DNA of 63,724 nt, the filler included, from Rhizaria sp. SCN 62-66 (taxonomy: Eukaryota), in NCBI GenBank assembly GCA_001724265.1. It is 3 parts of 3 records of this genome, joined end to end, with 100 filler letters (N's around TTAATTAATTAA, not from the genome) between each part and the next. Parts side by side here need not be neighbours in the genome. Positions count along the whole stretch, not along the records: positions 1 to 22,598 come from MEDY01000437.1; 2 more parts are not named here. One strand, given 5' to 3'. A model generated the notes under the pieces. It was not told the origin of the DNA. It worked only from the letters and a program-made list of their open reading frames with translations, and made no database searches. This document shows positions 1-11,736 of the stretch, piece by piece. Positions within the stretch are counted from its first letter, which is position 1; every line of letters starts with the position of its first letter. A program made the position numbers and the translations under genes.

Positions 1-2043
1 GCGGTCCGCGGCGACATCGACCGCAACAGGGTGATCCGCGTTCCCGTTCAAGAGCAGAGTGGACTGCGCGGCCTTGAAGAGACCGCTGCCACTGCTGGCC
101 ATCGCCACACGCAGCTGCGGAGACAGCGGGTTGCCGGCGGCCGCGGTGATCGAGTCCCAGCCCACAGTCACCTGCGGTGCGCCGTCTGGCTTGACTGCAA
201 AGGTCAGCTCCGCGCCGTTGAACTTGACGGGACACCACGACCAGAGAAAATCGCTCGAAGCTGAGCCGGAAGAGGCTTCAACCACCTTGTTGTCGTCGCT
301 GGCGCCAGAGACGGTGTATTCAACAGTCGCCTCACAGTCCATGCTTTCGGCGACGTTGCCCGTCGCGCGCACTGGTGTGATATCCAAGTAGCCCGAGGCG
401 GGGAACGCTGCCCCGCCAGACGTGCTGATCGCGACAACGAAAGTTCCGTGTTCAGATTCGTAGCGCACAGTCGCAATGACGCCGGTGGCGGGGGTGCCGC
501 CACTCGACGCGGCCATCACCGAGACCGAGGGGGCGACGCCCGTGAAGAAGCCCTTGTCGGTGTCAGGCGCGATGCGGAAGACGTCCGCGCCAGTGAAGCC
601 GACGGTCTCGGTGAACGACTCCCACTGCACGCGCAGGGTCGCGGAGCCCGCAGTCGCGTGTGCGGGTTCAAACTTCGCGGTGAGTGCGACAGAGCCAAAC
701 TCGTTGCCGCAAGCCTCAGTCGCAGCGGTTCCATTGACACCGCCGTTTGTGCTGCTCAACATCGACAATTTATCAGGGTAGAGTGGAGCAAGGCTATACA
801 GGGTTGTGGTCCCACAAGACAACTAGGAGGCCAAGCGAACTTGGAATGTGAAAGAGTCCGCACCAGCATTGCTGAACACGGCAAGGGTGGTGTTGCTAAA
901 AACAATTGTGTGAACGTGCGACTCGAACAAAATGTTTGCAATCATGCTAGTGTCGGTGTTAAACGTTACCGAGCTCGTAACAACGCTACCAAGGATCTCG
1001 GTATCGTGTGCATTGACGATACTCAACTTGAGAGATGGCAGCGCGGTGCTGATAAAGCTATCCCATGAGACGGTGACAAAAACAACAGACGAGGCTGCGT
1101 TAGTAGTCATGCTGAGCTGCGTGCCGCGCATCTGGGGACACGATCCGAGATTTACGGTGACCTCGATGGGCAAACCTGTGATAGTGCCCGACGCCGCAGA
1201 CAGCGCGTAGACACCACTGGTGCCAGCAGAGGTGCACGGACCGATTATTTCAGAGGGGATGTGAATGGCGCTCGACGCCGGGAGCGACACGCCGGCAGAA
1301 AAAGTAAACGTCAGCGTGATCGTGTCGTATGTCTTAGTCGCCCTTAAAATAACGCCTTCGAAAACAACGAGATCACCAGAGGAAGTTATACGTGAAAAAA
1401 CACGTGCGCCAGTAACAGGCTCAAGCTTCAGCGTAAAACTGTCACTGGTAATGGGTTTCGAGAACTGTGACCACGAGAATGTCACCTCAGGAACGCCAAG
1501 AGCGAGAGAGGAAGTCAGCAAGGGGCTCGTAAAAATCAGTGGGCACATCGTCCAGTAATAGTTGGCGCTAATATGGGAAGGCTGGAGAGTAGAGTACGAT
1601 GATGACTCTAGGTGGAACGGGGTATATGAATTACATGGGATAGAAGTACTCGTGCGTTCTAAAGTAACAGTGATGCTATCGACACCAGAGGGGAAACCAC
1701 AGGAGGGGATCTGAATAGATATCCCACGGTTCACGATGACTGCATTAACGTCACACTACAGCGTTGAAGTGACGGAGGAGACCCCTTCGATCATGTTGGG
1801 CGAGTCAATGGCGCCGTTATACACGATAATGAACTCGTTTTGACTCCCACCATTGGTCTTTGAAGTCCACGCCACAGTGAACTGCGTGGTGCCACTCAGA
1901 CCGTTGTCGGCTGAGTCTTCAGTGAATGTGACCCCGTGGAAAGTAGTCTCTACCGTTATCGCAGACGCAAAAGATAAGAGAAATGTAAGCAGTATCACCG
2001 CTACTAGTGGGCAAGCCCGTCGAAGACCCCAAAGCAAAGTCAT
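1..2043 (-). CDS. Secreted/surface protein with tandem ~135-160 aa beta-rich repeats; 3'-truncated by the window edge; two in-frame TAG codons
   Basis: ATG at 2043 followed by a signal-peptide-like stretch (MTLLWGLRRACPLVAVILLTFLLSFASA). ORFs 1756..2043 and 823..1734 and the stop-free stretch 822..1 are all in one frame, separated only by TAG at 1758-1756 and 825-823 (681 codons to the edge). Recurrent C(P)..F/M...L......V.V.W.S motif. Confidence 0.8.
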
Positions 2044-3009
2044 CTATTATTAGGGGCATCCGCACAAAAGGTAAAAGGGTGGAGGTGATGAGATTGAGCG
2101 ATACTACTACTGTGGTGGAACATTGCTGAGAAATTAGTGAGAACATCTCCACAAAATATCATAGTTCTGTGCGGGTATCCTTTATACTGGACGTAAACAC
2201 ACGTCGTAAAGCTCCCGAATGGCAACGATGGTGCAGTGGTCATCTCGCAATCACGCCTTGCGATAGAATGCGCTCAGAAATGAAGTTGTAAAGGCCGACG
2301 TATAAAAATGAATAACATATGCATGCATTACATTAAAAAGCGCGCCCAGCGTTATCGTCCACAATGCTGTAGTTACACTATCTCTTCTTGAAAAGTTCGA
2401 TGGCGACACGCATTAGACGGTTTGCGATTTTTGCATTTTTTTTAGGTCCCCCCTTTTGAAGAAGTGTGGACCGATAAAATAGTCTGGCTTCAGCAAAGTT
2501 ACGAGCTACTTGTACCAATAAACGTTTAGCTCAATAAGGTATCTTTGTTATTACGTGTTGTCCCCCCCACCCCCCCCAATTATATATTAACTCTATGTAT
2601 TGTATCATATATGTATATATAAATTGCAATTGATGCCGAATCGGCATCAAACCTACTCAAGTTTATCGCCGTAATATCTCGAGCTTGAACGATCTCGGCC
2701 TTGCTTTGCTTAGCATTGCTTGACTTAACGTGATGTCACAGACTCTCTTTTTCTATGAGAACAATCAGAACCAGGTATATAATTCGAATTATATACGGTC
2801 TCTATGATATTATGAGTTGTTGTTGTTGTTTTCGCAGAAAAAAGAAGACTACGTACACAGGAAAACACCACCTTTATATTACGGCGGCCATGGCTGTTGG
2901 GTAGCGATTTTCACAGTGGTTTGCTGTGCGAAGGAGATTTTATGCAGAATGTCGATTGTAACACGTGACTTAGCTAGCTTTGATTTGGTCTGTTGCGCTC
3001 GTGACGCCA

Positions 3010-4767
3010 TCACTGCGGCCATAGCCCCTCCGGCATGATCGTCGGATGCGCGACCCTGCCTTCCCGCGCCGCCGCGGTGGCGTCTTTGGCCTGCTTCTCC
3101 CTTAGACGGTCTAAGTACCCGCGCGCGTCCCGGCTCTCCTGGCACAGCAGCGAAATGCATTTAGACGCCAAAAGACTCACAGTCATCGCCTCACGGCTTA
3201 CTGGCGCAGCTCCAGAGGTACTTCCACTCCCGCCGCCACCTACATTCGCGTTGCGCGAGAGCTCATCGAGCAAGTCAACAATACCAACGACAGCCCAGAC
3301 CTCGTCACCGCCCTGAGGGCCCTTAAGAACGCTCTCAATTACACCCAGCGCCGCCGCCATCTCGCCCAGCGCGTTGCCGCCGCCGCCGCTACCGCCGTCG
3401 CCTCCCGTCTGCTTACTAGGGCCCGCCGCCGCAGCAGCGAACAGCGCCTTCTTGTGCTGCCGCAGCGTCACGGCAGCCTGTTTCGCGCTCACCGCAGACC
3501 CCAGCACCTCGCGCGACACACGCGCATCGCCGACCAGCAGCGCCGCCGCCTCGGCCGCCGCGGCCGGCAGCAGCGCACAGCTCCTGAGCGCCAACACCGC
3601 GTTCTTCCTCAGCGCCTGCGGCGACGCCAGGTCGAGCGCAATGGTCGCGAGCGCCTGTAGTAGCCCCGGCTGCGCGAGCGCGGCGGCGCGGCCGGCGGCG
3701 TCGCAGGTGGCCGTGAGCGAGTGCACGGCCGCGGCGGCGAGGCGTTGGTGCTCATATACTGGCGAACTCAGCAACGGAGCAGCGGCGGCGACGGCGCCGG
3801 CGGAGACGAGGCGCAGACGCAGGGGCTCTGAGCTGCCGGCGAGCCGGACGAGCCAGTCGAGCGCGGCCGTGGTCGCAGAGCGCAGTTCAAGACGGCTCAG
3901 ACCGGCAGAAGCGGCGGCGGCGGCAGCGTCAGAAGCGGAGTTTGCGTTGACAGTGGCAGTGATGAAAGGGGCGGAGTATGAGGTAAGGAGTGAGATCACG
4001 GTGTCAACCGCCGTTGCGGGGGCGTACGCACAATGCGCTGCAAGCGCGGCGGCGACGGCGACGACTTTGGCGACGACGCGGGCATCCGGGTCAGCCGCCA
4101 GTGCAGTGTAAAGCGTACTAGCAACCGCAGTGGGCGCGATTGCGGCCGTGTCGCCACTGCCCTCTGCGGAGGCTGCCGTCGAGTCAGCAGCAGCGGAGTC
4201 GGCGTCGGCGCTGTCGTCGGCGCAGGTGAGCGCGGGCGCGATCTCGCTCGCGTCGGTGAGTGCGTGGAGGAGCTCCGCGGCGAAGTAACGGACACACGCA
4301 CTGGGGTCGGCAAACAGAGAGAGCGCCCCCGGGAAGCCTGCGGCGGCGTGTATGGCGGCGCGGCCGTCCGCGAAATTGGCCAGGCTGAGCAAGAGGCGAA
4401 CGCACTCGGCGCGGGCGGGGTAGGTGACGTCGTTGGTGGCGTCGGCGTCGGCGTTGTTGGCGTTAGATGAAGTGCCGTGCAGGGCGGTGGCGGGGGTCGA
4501 GTACTCGAGGTAAGCGGGGCAGGTGGCGTACAGAGCAAGGTCGTAATCGGTCCAGGCGGTGCCGTTGGGGGCGAGCTCGCTGTAGATGTTGTAAAGCTGC
4601 AGCAACGCAAGAGCGAGGTTGGCGTTGATGGCCTTGATCTTGCTCTCCTGGTGTGACAAGTTTCCGAGCAAGAAGTTCAGGGTGGACCACGAAGGGGGCG
4701 AAGACGGGTCGCCGTCCTCAAAGCCGCGCGTCACCTCGCGAAGCGCCTTCTCAAACGGGCTCTCCAT
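3010..4767 (-). CDS. Armadillo/HEAT-repeat protein
   Basis: 585-aa single-exon ORF ending in TGA. Ala/Leu-rich helical repeats with ARM-like segments (LRLRLVSAGAVAAAAPLLSSP, ALRKNAVLALRSCA, GALSLFADPSACVRYFAAELL). Confidence 0.7.
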   Translation of the reverse strand: MESPFEKALREVTRGFEDGDPSSPPSWSTLNFLLGNLSHQESKIKAINANLALALLQLYNIYSELAPNGTAWTDYDLALYATCPAYLEYSTPATALHGTSSNANNADADATNDVTYPARAECVRLLLSLANFADGRAAIHAAAGFPGALSLFADPSACVRYFAAELLHALTDASEIAPALTCADDSADADSAAADSTAASAEGSGDTAAIAPTAVASTLYTALAADPDARVVAKVVAVAAALAAHCAYAPATAVDTVISLLTSYSAPFITATVNANSASDAAAAAASAGLSRLELRSATTAALDWLVRLAGSSEPLRLRLVSAGAVAAAAPLLSSPVYEHQRLAAAAVHSLTATCDAAGRAAALAQPGLLQALATIALDLASPQALRKNAVLALRSCALLPAAAAEAAALLVGDARVSREVLGSAVSAKQAAVTLRQHKKALFAAAAAGPSKQTGGDGGSGGGGNALGEMAAALGVIESVLKGPQGGDEVWAVVGIVDLLDELSRNANVGGGGSGSTSGAAPVSREAMTVSLLASKCISLLCQESRDARGYLDRLREKQAKDATAAAREGRVAHPTIMPEGLWPQ

Positions 4768-5412
4768 TCTAGTCTAGGATGTATGTTGGATGAGCAAGGC
4801 TCGAGCTGGAAGGGAGTCAAAGTCGACTTTGACTGGGGAGGGAAGTGCTTCTGTCGGTGGGCCTAAAGAGGAAGGTAGGTGGTTTTGAAGACTGCAATAT
4901 AAATGGCAAAATGCATAAGCTCTGATTTTTCATGATCTCAATCAGCTAATCGTTTAACGGAGAATACACGGATATCTAGCACGTCTTCAAACTCGCTATG
5001 AGAAACGCTCACTTCTAAATTCCGATCACGGTCGGAATTCCGACGGCTGGACTCTCTCCCGGTCACAGTCACTTTGGAAGTTAGGTCCCACGGTCAGTCC
5101 GCGGTCTTCGTCCCCACGGAGCGAGACTCGATCGAGGGCCAATCTGCCAGAGTCGCATCTGGGCGCGATTGATCGTCAACATCGATGAAACTATTTCGAC
5201 AACATAGACCTATGATGTTTCTATCGTAGATTATCCTTGTGGTTGCTACGTGCCCTTTCCTGCGCCCTGTGGGTGTCTTCCCGTCATCCCCCCTTTCTCT
5301 CTCACATTCGCCAACCCTCAACTCACTCTCTTTCCCACCACTGCCATCCTTCGCCACACCCTTCCCTTGCCCTCGCCTCTCCCCCACATTTTTCCAACAG
5401 ACATCAGCTTCG

Positions 5413-6271
5413 ATGCAGACCATCCGCATTAACAAGAACGTCTGGGAGCGCCGCAACTACGCCAAGTTCGGCCAGTGCCGCAACGCCCCCGCCGGCCCCG
5501 AGCCCAACGTCACTGCGTTCGGCGAGACCTACGAGCTCAAGTGCGAGCCCGCGCGCCGCGAGGAGGACGAGCTGCTGGAGAAGACCGAGATCGAGAAGCG
5601 TCTCGAAGCCCGCGTCGTCGTCTGCTCGCACTGCCACGAGTCCGGCCACTTCTCGCTCAAGTGCCCGAAGCGCAAGGACATCAAGACTGCAGGCATGGCC
5701 GACCTTGCCGAGGACGGTCCCGTCCGCACCGAGCCTACGGAGATCACGCTCCGCGTCACCAACCTCCACCCCGATATCGAGGACAACAAGTTCCGCACTG
5801 TCGTCAACAACATTGCTTCACAGCATGGTATCCCCCAGCCTTCGCGTACTTTCATCGTCCGCGACCGCAACACTGGCGCCTGCCAGGTACGTCGATTTAA
5901 ACATCTTTAAATCAGCAGATGCTACTTTATGTATATTTGATTAGTATTCATGTATACCATATTCTAAATTCATTTCGAATTTCGCGCATCTTTCTCACTT
6001 TCTATCCTCCCCTTCTCTCTCGTTTTCTAACGCATCACAGGGTACGTGCTACGTGTCATTCATGCGCCGCGACGCCGCCGAGAAGATGCTGGCCAAGATC
6101 GACGGCTACGGTCTCGACAATCTCATTCTCCACGCCGAGATCGCGCCCCCTCGCGACGAGCGCCCTCGCCGCACGGACGGCGACAACGAAGGCGGCGACT
6201 CCCGCGGCGGCTACTCCGGGGCTGGCGAGCGTGATTTCGCTGTTGCGCGCAACATGCCTTGGCGCAAGTGA
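5413..6271 (+). CDS. eIF3g: Translation initiation factor 3 subunit G-like (zinc knuckle + RRM)
   Basis: Exons 5413-5886 and 6041-6271 (intron GTACGT..CAG). Motifs ERRNYAKFG, CSHCHESGHFSLKCP, TLRVTNL, DRNTGACQ|GTCYVSF, IDGYGLDNLILHAE. Stop TGA. The N-terminus may have an extra upstream exon (pyrimidine-rich 5250-5400 ends in CAG). Confidence 0.88.
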
Positions 6272-7081
6272 GAACGGAGACAGGTCAGATGATGAGCTCC
6301 GCAGCCGCAGCCGCAGCAACATCAATCACAACACCAACAACAACGAAGGCAGTCACAGCGCTAGCGATCGCGAAGCAATGCCCTCAGCGCTGATAAGGGC
6401 AACGACTGCTGCGGTTGGAACGTATGCGACGGTTGCGACATATGCGAACAACAACAGTGCGCACTGCCGCTGTGGTGCATGAGTCATGTGTTCCAGTTCG
6501 AGGGACACGTGATGAACAAACATGTTCGCTCCTTCGATAAGCAGTTGATTTTGCTTCGTTTGGCTTTGTTGTGACATTATTGCAATTGATGCTTGTTTAT
6601 ATGACTGTTTCTGTATGGGGCTTCTTTTCTTTCTCGTTCTCTCTCTCTATTAATTCGGATCTATTGGGATAAATAGTCGTCAGTCTCTGCGTTGTTTTGT
6701 TCATTTGTATCCACTTTGTTGCTCGTTGATAGCGTGCAACTAAAGTGACAATCGGGCCATGTAACGAACAACAATACGTCAAATAAAGTTAGTAGTATTC
6801 ACTCAAATGCGAGACACAGCCCTTGAATCAAATGATTCACAAAAAGAACTCATATCCATGTGGAGAGGTGTTGCTTATGATGTTGTATTGTGTATTGCTG
6901 TCATTTGATAGCAAGTGAAATTAACACTGGCCTGATTCATACATGAATACTTACTTGCATTCATCATTCATTTGTGGCCATCTTAGCCACTCACACGCCA
7001 ATGCTAAGTGCAGTTCTCATAACTTCACAAGTGCTCCAGAGCTGTTCAGCATCTGAGTTGTTCATTGCGTTGTGTTTGTGT

Positions 7082-8056
7082 TCAACCCTTACGCTGCTGC
7101 TGCTTGTTGCCCGCCAGCGACACTGCCACAATCCCCAGCCCCGGCGCCGCCGCTGCCGCCGCGCTCGTCTGCTGGACCACCGCCGCCAGCGTCGCCGTCT
7201 CGGCCGCGGCGTCCTTGGCCGCCTTGCACAACTCGACGAGCCGGGTGGCCACCGCTGACTGGGACGCAGCGACGCGGGACAGCTGTGCACGCGTCGGCAG
7301 CGCACTCGGGGCGGTCAAACCGGGCACAACAGAGCCAGCGCTTGCGTCTACACTCGCAGCAACGGCAGCAGTTGACTTTTCACCCCCACGCTTATTGTTG
7401 TTGTTGTTGTTGTTGCGGCCCTTAGTCTTGCCAGTCGCGTTGCCGGTGTCGTCATTCTCGTCGTTATCGGCAGCAGAAACAGCAGCAGTAGCGGTCGTAG
7501 CTGCGCCGGGATATGAGCTGGCCTGGGCAGCGGCGGTGGCAGCAGCGGCGGCGGTGGCCGCGGCAATCGCTTTGTCAGAGTCGGCCTCAAGCGCTGTCGC
7601 AATAGTTGCGGTGACGCCCCTACCAACGCTCGCGCGCAGAGCCGCCACGGCCACCACGCGCGCAGCAAGCCGCTATTCGAGTTTGGCGACACTGGCAACA
7701 AGTGCGGTGTCAAGGGGCTCGGTTGGCAGAGCAGCGGAGAGGGGGAGTTCCCAGTCGACCTTGGAGAGAGTCTTGGACATTAGGGAGTCCATCCAACACT
7801 CGAGGTGGGCCTTCAGAGACGCGCGCTCAATGCTGGAGAGGCGTTGCGCGCTCGGCTATAGCATATCAAAAAATAAAATGAAGCAAACATAGTTTGGGTG
7901 AGATCGAGGTGATCAAGTGGAGGAAAGTAGGGAGAGACAAGAGGGAACTTGGAGACGAACCACTTTCTTAGCGTCAGCAAGGTATTCCTCGCAACTTTCG
8001 ACAAGCAGAGCGCGGATTGCGTCGTACTGTGCGCTCGAGGCGTCGTAGCTGTTCAT
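7082..8056 (-). CDS. Probable kinetochore Nsl1/Mis14-like coiled-coil protein; one in-frame TAG
   Basis: Exons 8056-7961 and 7855-7082 (phase-0 intron GTTCGT..TAG). Segment EPLDTALVASVAKLE[TAG 7675-7673]RLAARVVAVAALRASVG resembles the Mis14/Nsl1 EPxDxxLxxxVxxL...VAxLR signature. Stop TGA. Confidence 0.55.
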
Positions 8057-8608
8057 TGCGGCGGGCGCTGGGGCTGATTAGCAGCGAACAGGCGTCGGGA
8101 AGCGAGCGGTGCAAGTAGGGAAGAGGGGCTTGAAAAAGCTACGAGAAAATGGGGGTATACACACAATTTAGCTACAGTTAAAAGAGATTCAAATAGAGTA
8201 CGCAGGTTTAATATGCGAACAAAAACGGGGATTTCAGGTTGACGACTGCTCATGACGATATTTTGAAAAGAAACTCGGCGAGCAAGGAACTTGACCGTTG
8301 ACTCTGCTCAGCTGGCTCTCCGCTTTGTCGACTGGACTGTGCCGTAAAGGCTTCTCGCAAAGTCACTCTTGAAATACACTATAGCCCGCTTCACAGTATC
8401 CGTCAGTGGACGAATCCCCGTGAATCGGAATATATTTTGAGGTTATGGTCGTGATATCATTAAGATGTTTGACGAGGGCGTCACCCACGTGCTGTATCTT
8501 CCCACAAATTCCCTTGCTTTTCGCACCCCATCACGCTCACCTTTTCTTGTTTCTCTCATGGCTTCCCCCGGCCCTGTGTCATGCCACGATGTCTCAGTCA
8601 GCCTCCGG

Positions 8609-9316
8609 ATGTCTCACATTGGCGATAACTGCCACTCGATTATTCTGGTACGTTTCGATCCGTTTCCCTGCCAGATACCGCACTCCAAGTTAAGTCTGCT
8701 AAATGCCAACCTTCGTTCATTTCCGCCATCCGTCTCACTCCCATGCCCCCCAAACGCTTTTTCATTACTTGCTTTCTCGACCACAACAGGCCCAGTTTAC
8801 CGACAAGCCCAACTCGAAGCACTACTCGGACCACGAGACCGTTTCTGGAGCTATGGAAGCTGTTTGCCAGCTCTTCGAGGCCAAGCTCAAGCAGATGAAC
8901 CCTGATAAGAAGAAGATTACTTACGACATCACCGATCTGTTCGAGTTCATCGACTCGCTTCCTGACCTCGGCGTCCTTGTGTACGTCAATACTGACCGCA
9001 TTACTTTGCCATCTTTGCTCAGAGCTTACTTTAACAGAGATTTTGCCACTTTCCAGTTCGTCACATCGATTAAACAAATCTCGATTTAAGGGAGATATCT
9101 CAGCAATGTCACCGTGCCCCAAGAGTTATCCTTTAAAATTAGATTTAACTCACATCAAACACTTTCAAGCTCTGTTTTTGTTTCTTTGGGCATTTATCTT
9201 GTGTGAATATTTCGTTGTTTAGGTACGACTCCGAGATCACTGCTTACACCCCTCACTCTAAGGAGTGGATTAAGAAGCGTATCTTTAACCAGCTTAAGAA
9301 GCTCGCCAGCAAGTAA
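8609..9316 (+). CDS. ERH: Enhancer of rudimentary homolog
   Basis: Exons 8609-8647, 8790-8980, 9223-9316 (two GTACGT introns). HSIIL|AQF...YSDHETVSGAMEAVCQLFEAKLKQMNPDKKKITYDITDLFEFIDSLPDLGVLV|YDSEITAYTPHSKEWIKKRIF. Stop TAA. Confidence 0.95.
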
Positions 9317-10199
9317 GTATCACGCATCACCCAAGGGTTCTTACATGAGATGTTGATATATTATATCTCACATCGAACAAGATCGAGTTTTACGCCGTCG
9401 CTACCAGTGTTGCTGCTGTTGAGTTTGTTGTACTTCAGTCGGTATGTCCATGATGCCTTGAGCCAAGACACGGTCTTGTCTTCCACTGGGTGACTTGTAT
9501 TTGCCCTCATGTGATTAAGCTTTGGCATTATCCATTCGGACGGCTTTAAACAACAGCTTATCACGCATTGAGATAACACAAACAACAGCAGCAATAGTGG
9601 AAATCGATGTCATACCAACTGTCATACTCTAGAATAACATCAATACGTATACGTAATCACACACAGAATATTCCTAATACCAATTCTCATACATAACACC
9701 GTTACATATTCACCGATAAGGAACAACATTTGTTTCCCAATATGAGTCAGCGTGGTCGAAACAGACACGTTTTGAGTTGAGTATTTTTGTGGAGACATGA
9801 GTATACTAGTATAACATCTGTATTGAACGAAACACAAACAGTGATTGCAACAATTACGTTGCCATTACGTTTTGTTTGACTGTCTCTCATTCATGACAGC
9901 GAATTGTGCTTAAATCATCAATATGACTTCATAGCTTTTTCCTTGATTTGTTTGGTGTTTGGTGTTAGTATTTTTGTTACTAGGCAGCTAAGACGGAGCC
10001 TTGTGCTGCCCAAATCGTATTCTCGAACGGAAAACACGACTCAAACATGTACATTTGTGTGCTATTTAATGCAGCTTTTCTCATCTCAACAACAGAACAA
10101 CCATCACATCACAGCTCATCTCACACACCGCATGACAAGTCTTGCGTACGGAGTTAAGTTACACATGTGTCGATACGGAGGCGTGTGGCTTCTGACAAC

Positions 10200-11165
10200 T
10201 TAGCAGAGCTGAGTGAGGTACATCTGCGCAACGGCACGGGCGCGCGCGTTGACGTTGAGCTTCAGGGACGACACCTCGGCATCGATGACCTTCATGAAGT
10301 GAATGATGAAGTCAACAATGGCGTCCTTCTTAAGCGCCTCAAGGTGGAAGTTGGTGATGAGGAACGAGATGTTGTAGCCGTCAACGGGCTTGCGGCGGAG
10401 GATCTCAAACTCGTCGGCACGCATGGCAAGGAAGCGGGAAAACTTCTCAACGATGACAGTGTCGAGAGCGTCGGACTGCTTGATGCGGATAGAGACGCGG
10501 ACGGCGTTGACGGAAGCCTCGATCATGCACTTCTGGTCCGAGTCACGCGCAATAACAAGGGGCTGCAGGATCAGCTCCTTGGACATGCTGTGGAGGGCGC
10601 AATAAGAGAGAACGCAAAAAAGAAAGCGTGCAAAAGCAAGCAAGCGTGCAAGAGAGAGAGAAGGAGACAGGGAGGGGTGAGGAACAAGGGGCGACTTTAG
10701 TGAAAGATTTGAAGAGGATGAACACGCATGTTGTTTGAAGCAAATGTCGATGAGCACCATAAAGTAAAGCGTGAAAACGTACCGAGCCTCAACCTCGGGC
10801 TTGTTGTGGCGCTCGACGACCTGCGAGGGGAAGTTACGCAGGGAGAGGGCGGCGTGGAGCGTCGCCTCGATCGCGTTCAAATACTTCTCAGCCTATGTAC
10901 ACAAACAAGAGCAAAGGCACAAGAAAGAAGGCAATCGAGTTAGCGAGGTCAGTAGATGATCAAGCAATAAATTAATGTTTGGTGTCAAAAAAGTGCATGT
11001 GCAGGGTACGAGAGGAGCCTTCAAAGCACCTCGTGGCCACCTCGAGGCTGTCCTCTCCCGAGTCGGAAATATCTGACCATTTGCGAGGTCTGATCGCAGT
11101 CTATGACGTTGCAAAAAGAATATAACATAGAACACGTCACAGAAAGTCTCATGTTGACGTACCAT
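10200..11165 (-). CDS. ARPC4: Actin-related protein 2/3 complex subunit 4 (p20)
   Basis: Exons 11165-11163 (ATG only), 10892-10783, 10587-10200. [70 protein letters not shown]. Stop TAA. Confidence 0.96.
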
Positions 11166-11736
11166 TGAATCTGTAGGAGCTTTCCTATCAGCAACGAACC
11201 AAAAGAGTTCGCTCGTGGACGCCTCGTCTCGTCTCTGAGAGACTGAGACGAGCGATCGACCGACTGTGAGTAGCGGCCGGTCAAAGTTAAGTCGCGAAGT
11301 TTGGAGTGACTGGTGGAGGCAGCCAGTCCCCTCGGTCGGTCGGTCTGGGCCTCCTTGGCCCCCTTCTTGAGGCCTGATTTGGTGTCTTTGAAATTGTCAG
11401 TGGGATTTCTAGTTATTTGTATGTGAATTTAGAGCTCTCGAAGTATTTAGCTTTGCGTTTGCTGTGTCGCTCAGACGACCCCTTTTGCTCCTGGGAGCTA
11501 CCCGAGAGAGCTTTTAGGCAGTGAGGTCACATTGCCTCCTGTCCTCACTTCTCACTGCTTTCAGACACCGCTAGACTGCCTGCATTGGATCTGTTTTTCC
11601 GATATGTCATACTCACACGTATAATTTCTCTTATTCTCTCACTCTTGTTTCCCCCCTTTGCGTTGTGCTTGCGTGAGTAGTGAAACCAGTCGGAGGACTG
11701 TCGAAGAAAGAGCTCATGAACAAGGAACCCACTAAA

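Noticed and set aside
2630-2650. Perfect inverted repeat TTGATGCCGA-A-TCGGCATCAA
   Set aside because: Single short intergenic palindrome with no second copy, TSD or associated element; cannot assign a function.
3010-4767. Possible radial spoke protein 14 (RTDR1) identity for the ARM protein
   Set aside because: Only generic ARM-like resemblance; not specific enough to name.
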